Positions 58,334-64,000 of a DNA stretch of 64,000 nucleotides are shown in pieces. The DNA is taken from assembly GCA_963716175.1 (NCBI GenBank), contig OY970296.1:3808001-3872000 (forward strand), given 5' to 3'. Source of the DNA: an uncultured Armatimonadetes bacterium (GTDB taxonomy: Bacteria; Armatimonadota; Hebobacteria; Hebobacterales; Hebobacteraceae). Below the pieces are notes generated by a model. That model searched no databases. It saw nothing but the letters and a program-made list of their open reading frames with translations, and was not told the origin of the DNA. The position numbers were made by a program, and so were the translations under genes. Every line of letters starts with the position of its first letter. The first letter of the stretch is position 1.

Positions 58334-59332
58334 ATGAGAGGGAGCAGCACTTCCGCGGAAGTAGAGCGCAAGCTGCTGGCGATTTTGCGCACCCTCGCCG
58401 CCTCCGAGGAGCCGATGGGGGCGCGGGCCATCGCCGGGCGGCTACACGCGGAGGGCATCGAGCTGAGCGAGCGGACCGTGCGCTACCATCTCCGGTTGAT
58501 GGATGAGCGGGGGCTGACCAAGAACCTGGGAGAGCCCGGCCGCCTCATCACTGACCGCGGCCGGGAGGAGATCGAGCACGCCGGCGTGCACGAGAAGCTG
58601 GGCTTCGTCATCTCCAAGATAGACTCCCTCGCCTACCGCGCCAGCTTCGACATGGACACCAAGCAGGGCACCATCATCCTCAACCTGTCCTTCATCCCGG
58701 AAGAACGATTCGATGAAGCTCTGGAGATAATGCGAGACGTCTTCCGCGCCGGCTACTGCATGTCCGAGCTGGTGGTGGTGAGGAAGGCGGGGGAGCGGGC
58801 GGGAGAGGTGGCCGTCCCGGCCGGGATGGTGGGGTTTGGCACCGTCTGCACTGTCACTCTCAACGGCGTGCTGCTCAAGCATGGTATCCCGGTGGAGTCC
58901 AAGTATGCCGGCCTGCTGGAGATCTACCGCGACAAGCCGCTCCGGTTCACCCACTTGATGGCCTATGCCGGCACCACTGTGGACCCCACCGAGATGTTCA
59001 CGGTCGGGCGCATGACCCGGGTGCGCGACGCCAGCCTCCTGGGCCAGGGTCAGATTCTCGCCAGCTTCCGGGAGGTGCCGGCGGTGGCCGAGGCCGATCT
59101 GGGGCGAGTGCTGACCCAGTACCGAAGCAACGGACTGAGCGGAGTGCTGGCCACCGGGAAGCCCAGCCAGCCCCTGCTGGAGGTTCCGGTGGGGACCGAC
59201 CGCATCGGCCTGGCGGTGGTGGCCGGCCTCACCCCGGTGGCCGCGCTCACGGAAAGCGGCATCCCGGTGGTCAACAGGGCCATGAGCACCCTCATCGAGT
59301 TCTCCGAGATGCGCCCGGTATCGGAGTTGTAG
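58334..59332 (+). CDS. nrpR: NrpR-family (DUF128) transcriptional regulator
   Basis: wHTH ERTVRYHL..MDERGLT plus NRD domain (TVCTVTLNGVL, ASFRE). Confidence 0.8.
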   Translation: MRGSSTSAEVERKLLAILRTLAASEEPMGARAIAGRLHAEGIELSERTVRYHLRLMDERGLTKNLGEPGRLITDRGREEIEHAGVHEKLGFVISKIDSLAYRASFDMDTKQGTIILNLSFIPEERFDEALEIMRDVFRAGYCMSELVVVRKAGERAGEVAVPAGMVGFGTVCTVTLNGVLLKHGIPVESKYAGLLEIYRDKPLRFTHLMAYAGTTVDPTEMFTVGRMTRVRDASLLGQGQILASFREVPAVAEADLGRVLTQYRSNGLSGVLATGKPSQPLLEVPVGTDRIGLAVVAGLTPVAALTESGIPVVNRAMSTLIEFSEMRPVSEL

Positions 59333-59372
59333 CGCCACAGAGGCCCTGAGGCGCAGAGCAGAGCTCGAAGAA

Positions 59373-59399
59373 AAGACGGCCCCGCACCGGGGCCGTCTT
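59373..59399. terminator. Terminator hairpin between convergent genes
   Basis: AAGACGGCCCCG/CGGGGCCGTCTT with flanking A tract. Confidence 0.7.
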
Positions 59400-59450
59400 C
59401 GTTATTCTGAAATCTCAGATCTGAGATTCTATGTCGGACGGCGAAGGATC

Positions 59451-61055
59451 TCAGAAGTCGAGAATGCTCTCAAACGCCTCCCGCCTCGCCTCCTCCACCA
59501 ATGGAATCCCGGTGACTTTGGCGCAGCGCTCCGTGAGTGAAGCCAGGTCGTCGCAGGAGAGCAGGTCCAGCCTCCACTTGCGGCAGCCCGCCAGCAGTTG
59601 TCGCAGCCCCACCGCCAGCCGATCCGTGAGGAAGGTGTGAACCCCGACCGCGGACCACGGGATCTCGCTGCCCACGGCATCGCCATAGCCGGCCCGCAGA
59701 TCTCCGCTGGTGATGAAGAACTGCTCTGGATCAGTCCCGTAGAGCTCGGCGAAGCTCTTCGGCAGCTTGCCCTCCGCCGCCAGGTCCACGAAGTAAGAGG
59801 CCTTCATCGCCGCCGTGATCGGCGCGCGGGCCATCCCGATCGCCTTCACCGCTGGCCCAGCGTCATCCCCGAAGTTGCTCATGGCGATCGCCTTGAACAC
59901 CTGGGTCTCGTTGACGAAGCCTCCGGCGATGGCGATGTCGGGCACGTGCTTGCCCTTCCGGCGCAGGATGCGCACCCCCTCCAGCACCTGGGCGAGCAGA
60001 TAGACGGTGGGAGTGGAGCATTCATTCATCATGGGCACCGGGCTCATCCCGGTTCCGCCGCCTGCCCCGTCGAAAGTCACCAGGTCAATCTTCGCCTGGG
60101 AGGCGCAGCGCAGGGTGAAGGCCACCACGCCCGGATGATAGGCCCCGGTCTTCAGGAACACGCGCTCCGCCCCCAGCTCCCGCAACCGGCCCACATCGGC
60201 TATGAAGGCCTGCTCCTCCGGCATCCCCACCCGGCTGTGGCGCTCGAAGCTGCGGAACACGCCCCGGTCGAAGGCCTCCTGCGTGGCCTTGTCCTCGGGA
60301 TCGGGAATCAGGATATAGCCGCGGCGTTTCAGTTCCAGCGCCTTGTCCAGGTCGGGCACCCGCACCTCGCCCCCGATCGCCTTTGCTCCCTGGCCCCACT
60401 TGCGCTCGATGATCCTGACGCCCAGCTCCTTGATGGCGTACTCGTCCACCCCGGAGCGGCAGTCCTCCACATTGGTCTGCACCACGATGTCGCCGTGTCT
60501 GCCATCCCAGTACTTCCGGTAAGTGGTGACGCGGTACTCCAGGTCCGGACAGCGCCTCACTTTCCCAGTGCCATTGTAGAGCGATCGGCTGTCCATCCCA
60601 CACACATTCTCGCCGATGGTCAAGATGATACCGGAGAGGGCGGCACCAATCGCCAGGCCGTCCCAGAACCGCCGCGCGACATCGGTGGAGCCGAGGCCGG
60701 GTATGGTGATGGGCAGCTTCAGGGGCACTCCCCCGGCCGTCGTGCTCAGGTCCACATTCGGGAACACCGCGGCATCCGAATCGGCCGCGATCCCTTGCGC
60801 CCCGATCACATCCACCTGGATCTGCAGGTCAGACCAGTTGAGCAGGTAGTCTTTGTTGGAGGCGGCAGTGCTGACCCCGAACCACTCCGGGCTGGGGTAC
60901 AACACCTCCCGACCCCGGAAAGCGGACTTGCCCACCTCGCACAGCACCGGGCAGTCGCGGATGCAGATGGGGCACATGCCCGAGACTGGGGAGGGATCGC
61001 GGGCCCGCAGGTTGGTCCCGCTGGTGGAGCGAGCATTCTCGTTGTACCAGGGCAT
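59451..61055 (-). CDS. FMN-binding glutamate synthase family protein
   Basis: CPICIRDC..LCE, GENVCG, KWGQGAKAIGGE, DGAGGGTGMSP. Confidence 0.85.
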   Translation of the reverse strand: MPWYNENARSTSGTNLRARDPSPVSGMCPICIRDCPVLCEVGKSAFRGREVLYPSPEWFGVSTAASNKDYLLNWSDLQIQVDVIGAQGIAADSDAAVFPNVDLSTTAGGVPLKLPITIPGLGSTDVARRFWDGLAIGAALSGIILTIGENVCGMDSRSLYNGTGKVRRCPDLEYRVTTYRKYWDGRHGDIVVQTNVEDCRSGVDEYAIKELGVRIIERKWGQGAKAIGGEVRVPDLDKALELKRRGYILIPDPEDKATQEAFDRGVFRSFERHSRVGMPEEQAFIADVGRLRELGAERVFLKTGAYHPGVVAFTLRCASQAKIDLVTFDGAGGGTGMSPVPMMNECSTPTVYLLAQVLEGVRILRRKGKHVPDIAIAGGFVNETQVFKAIAMSNFGDDAGPAVKAIGMARAPITAAMKASYFVDLAAEGKLPKSFAELYGTDPEQFFITSGDLRAGYGDAVGSEIPWSAVGVHTFLTDRLAVGLRQLLAGCRKWRLDLLSCDDLASLTERCAKVTGIPLVEEARREAFESILDF

Positions 61056-61105
61056 CAGCCGTCTCCTTCCGTGGAGGTTTGCCTGCTCGGTAGGCAGGCA
61101 CCAGC

Positions 61106-61160
61106 CGGCAACCTATTGCCGACCGTGGGGTATGATACCGCCTGGGGACCGAGAAGTCAA
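61106..61160 (-). promoter_or_regulatory. Sigma70 promoter plus palindromic operator (candidate NrpR site)
   Basis: TTGACT-17bp-TATCAT; CGGCA-N6-TGCCG at 61106-61121 just downstream. Confidence 0.6.
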
Positions 61161-61288
61161 GCAGTAAGCGCGCTGGCGCGCGCCCACTCCAGCTCCCCCA
61201 ACTCCGGGGTGCGACTGTCCTTGCAGCTTTGCGTCTGTCAACCGTCGCGTAGAGGCGGGATTCGCTCTGCCTGGAAGTCCGAGGCGCG

Positions 61289-61573
61289 ATGGAGCAACTG
61301 CCGCCGGAACTGGAGGAAAAGCGCCGGGACCTCGCCCGCGCTCTGGGCCGGCCGGTCTACGTGCGCGGCATTCGCACCCCTGACCCCGGGCTGCGCGGCA
61401 GGCTGCGAGTAGAGCGGCACCGGGTGCTGATCGAGTACCAGGTCGCCGAGAAGGGCTACTTCTGGCACATTCCCATCATCGAGGAGCTGCTGGCCCGCGC
61501 CGCCGCGGGCCAGCCGGCCGCCGAGCTGCGGGAGCCGGCGCCCGACGGCGAGGGAGAGCGGCCGGGAGGATGA
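61289..61573 (+). CDS. Hypothetical protein
   Basis: GAGG RBS, protein-like composition; 3' end overlaps the lnt tail. Confidence 0.55.
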   Translation: MEQLPPELEEKRRDLARALGRPVYVRGIRTPDPGLRGRLRVERHRVLIEYQVAEKGYFWHIPIIEELLARAAAGQPAAELREPAPDGEGERPGG

Positions 61574-63065
61574 GATAGGCGATGGACAGCGCCACCATGA
61601 GCCAGGCGAAGCCCAACCCCCACCGCGGCTTCGCGGCGCCAGACTGAACCAGCCGGATCCTCGCCGAGAGCGCTTTCCGTTGGAACAGGCCGGCCTGGGC
61701 GACCACGCGGCCGTTGGGCGCGATGATGGACGAGATGCCGGTGCTGGCCGCGCGCAGCACCCACCGGCCCGTCTCCACTGCCCGCAGCACCGCGATCTGC
61801 TGGTGCTGGGCGGCGGCCGCGGTATGCCCGAACCAGGCGTCATTGGTGATGATCACCAGCACCTGGGCGCGGCGGCGGACCAGAGCCCAGGCCAGGTTCG
61901 GGAAACTGGACTCGAAGCAGATCATGGGCCCCACCGCGATGGTGCCGGCCTGCAGCACCCGCGGCACGGCCGCAGCCGCGAAGTCCTGATCGCGGATATG
62001 ATACCGCTTGAGGAAAGGCAGCCACGACCGCCCGGGCACGTACTCGCCGAAGGGCACCAATTGCACTTTGTCATAGCGCGCGGTGAGATTGCCAGTAGGC
62101 GAGTAGAGATAGGCGGAGTTGTAGGCCCGCCCCCGCTGGTCATAGTAGGGCCCGCCGGCCAGCAGCCAGGCGTCGGAGGCGCGGGCGATCTGGGCCAACC
62201 TTGCGGCGATCCAGGGCTGGGCCTCCGGCGCGCCCGGGATGGTGCTCTCCGGCCAGACCATCAGCGCGGGTCGCGCTTTCGTTGCCTTCATGGTCAGGGA
62301 TTGGTAGATATCGAGAGTCTGCTTCTGCTCCCGTGCGGTGAGAGGGACGTTCACCTCCTTGGCCAACAGCGGGCCATGCGCGCTCCCCTGGATCACCGCG
62401 GCCTGAATCTCCGGACCTGCTAGGGCCGCCGGCCTCTTCACCCAGGCGCGCGCCCCCAGCAGGCCGGCCGCGGTCAGACCGCAGCCGGCCGCGGCCAGAG
62501 CCAATGAGCGCCATGCCTCCCCCCGCATGGTGCCGATCACCATCTCCGCCACCGCCGCGTTCACCAGCGCGATGAGGAAGGAAAGCCCAAGCGTGCCGGC
62601 CAGGCGAGCGGTCGGCAGCAGCGCGAGCGCCGGGCTCTGGCTGTAGCCCAGCCATCCCCAGGTAAACCCGAACTCCCCCAGCCCCCGCATCCACTCCACC
62701 CCGCACCACAGCACCGCCGCCCCGATCAGACGCGGCAGCGGCCCCAGCGAACCGATCCATCGCACCGATATTCCCCACACCATCAGCCACAGGGCGAGCG
62801 CCGCCGCGGCCAGCAGCCACACTGAAATCCCGAAAAGGTAGAGCCAGTAGAGCAAAGCGGCAAAGAATACCAGCCCGCCCACCCAGCTCCCCAGCAGCGA
62901 GGCCCAGCCGCGACCGGTGCGCAGCGCGACCAGCCAGGGGACAAGTGCGACCCAGGCCAGGAACCAGAACCCGGCGGGGGGGAAGCAGAGGCTGAGCAGC
63001 AGGCCGGAGAGGGCACAGAGAATGAGGCTGCCGCGGAGGGACAAGGTTGTGCGATGCGCTGGCAA
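61476..63065 (-). CDS. lnt: Apolipoprotein N-acyltransferase
   Basis: WPES, YDKVQLVPFGEY, ICFES, TNDAWF, RAVE. Confidence 0.93.
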   Translation of the reverse strand: MPAHRTTLSLRGSLILCALSGLLLSLCFPPAGFWFLAWVALVPWLVALRTGRGWASLLGSWVGGLVFFAALLYWLYLFGISVWLLAAAALALWLMVWGISVRWIGSLGPLPRLIGAAVLWCGVEWMRGLGEFGFTWGWLGYSQSPALALLPTARLAGTLGLSFLIALVNAAVAEMVIGTMRGEAWRSLALAAAGCGLTAAGLLGARAWVKRPAALAGPEIQAAVIQGSAHGPLLAKEVNVPLTAREQKQTLDIYQSLTMKATKARPALMVWPESTIPGAPEAQPWIAARLAQIARASDAWLLAGGPYYDQRGRAYNSAYLYSPTGNLTARYDKVQLVPFGEYVPGRSWLPFLKRYHIRDQDFAAAAVPRVLQAGTIAVGPMICFESSFPNLAWALVRRRAQVLVIITNDAWFGHTAAAAQHQQIAVLRAVETGRWVLRAASTGISSIIAPNGRVVAQAGLFQRKALSARIRLVQSGAAKPRWGLGFAWLMVALSIAYLILPAALPRRRAPAPAARRPAGPRRRGPAAPR

Positions 63066-63270
63066 GTTGCTCGCTCCGCGGCCCTATAGCCGTGTTGGGG
63101 TCAGGATAGGCGGATTATAGCTCATCGCCTGGGGGACCGCAACTCGGGGGGCTAGCAGGAAGGCAGTCCGCGAATGGAACCCGTGGCGCTCCCCGTAAGT
63201 CCAAGAGGTCGAGGGGGAGGAGGGCACGCCTTCGCAGGCGAACGGAGATGGAGGGAACCGGAGGGGACTC

Positions 63271-64000
63271 ATGAGACGCCACTCGTGTCTGGCTCTGGTG
63301 CCGTGCCTGGTGTGCTTGCTGGTCGGCGCTGCCCGCGGCGCCGGCATTGAACGGGTCAGCTTAGACACTTTGGACCAGCAGATGATGACGAACTCCCATG
63401 ACTGCGCCATCAGCGCCGATGGCCGGTTTGTGGCCTTCTCCGCCTGCCCGGTGGACCCGGCCCGCTACTGGGCCGCGTGCTATCAGATCTGGGTGCGCGA
63501 TCGCCAGCACGGGACTACGGCGTGCGTGAGCACCAACTACCAGGGACAGCCTGGCAATGCCGATTCTTTCCGCGTGTCCCTCAGCGCCGACGGACGGTTC
63601 GTGGCTTTCAGCTCTCGCGCCTCGGATTTGGTCTTGGGCGATACCAATGAGGACTGGGACGTCTTCGTGCGCGACCGGCAGACCGGGACCACCGAGCGGG
63701 TGAGCGTGGGTCACGAGTCTCAGCAAGGGGACGGCGGCTGCTTCGACGGTGTCATCAGCGCCGACGGCAGATTCGTCGCCTTCGTCTCCTATGCCTCCAA
63801 CCTGGTGCCAGGCGACGGCAACAGCACATCGGACGTGTTCGTGCGCAACCGCGAGACCGGCGCCCTCGAGCTGGTCAGTGTGAGCGACACCGGCGAGCAG
63901 GACAACATCGGCGCCATGACTTGCGCCATCAACGCCGATGGCCGCTACGTGGCCTTTCGCTCCAATGGTTCCACTCTCGTTCCCGGCGACAGCAACCAGT
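63271..64000 (+). CDS. Secreted TolB/PD40-like beta-propeller protein (3' partial)
   Basis: Signal peptide MRRHSCLALV; repeats ISADGRFVAF..ASNLVPGD..DVFVRD. Confidence 0.8.
   Translation, partial: MRRHSCLALVPCLVCLLVGAARGAGIERVSLDTLDQQMMTNSHDCAISADGRFVAFSACPVDPARYWAACYQIWVRDRQHGTTACVSTNYQGQPGNADSFRVSLSADGRFVAFSSRASDLVLGDTNEDWDVFVRDRQTGTTERVSVGHESQQGDGGCFDGVISADGRFVAFVSYASNLVPGDGNSTSDVFVRNRETGALELVSVSDTGEQDNIGAMTCAINADGRYVAFRSNGSTLVPGDSNQ

Overview
High-GC bacterial chromosomal window, possibly Armatimonadota (inferred from the SLH tails 'PVTRDQMAVYIARA', Firmicutes-like gene order, lnt, and an H-X9-DG prepilin-like gene). The housekeeping backbone is on the minus strand: rpsB-tsf-pyrH-frr-uppS-dxr-rseP, hslU, hslV, hisB-hisD, dnaE, gltX. 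Accessory content includes three toxin-antitoxin pairs, an NTase plus HEPN/ART-like pair, a sugar/glycopeptide cluster, three secreted proteins with near-identical SLH tails, a GxxExxY gene, a group 3b NiFe-hydrogenase operon with a Rex box, oxidative-stress genes, and an NrpR regulator with a likely target and operator. I saw no rRNA, tRNA, CRISPR array or transposase. Four genes, including essential gltX, carry single-base frameshifts that are most likely assembly errors. The main unexplained signals are: (1) a ~105-bp element present twice (5918-6018, 18657-18757) with two palindromes whose 7-nt cores are complementary; (2) a GxxExxY nuclease gene bracketed by inverted 10-mer tandem repeats, with gene-less relatives elsewhere in the window; (3) REP-like palindromes that coincide with stop codons and sit in frame inside hslV and a DUF2723 gene. 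All product calls are from motif recognition, without database searches.
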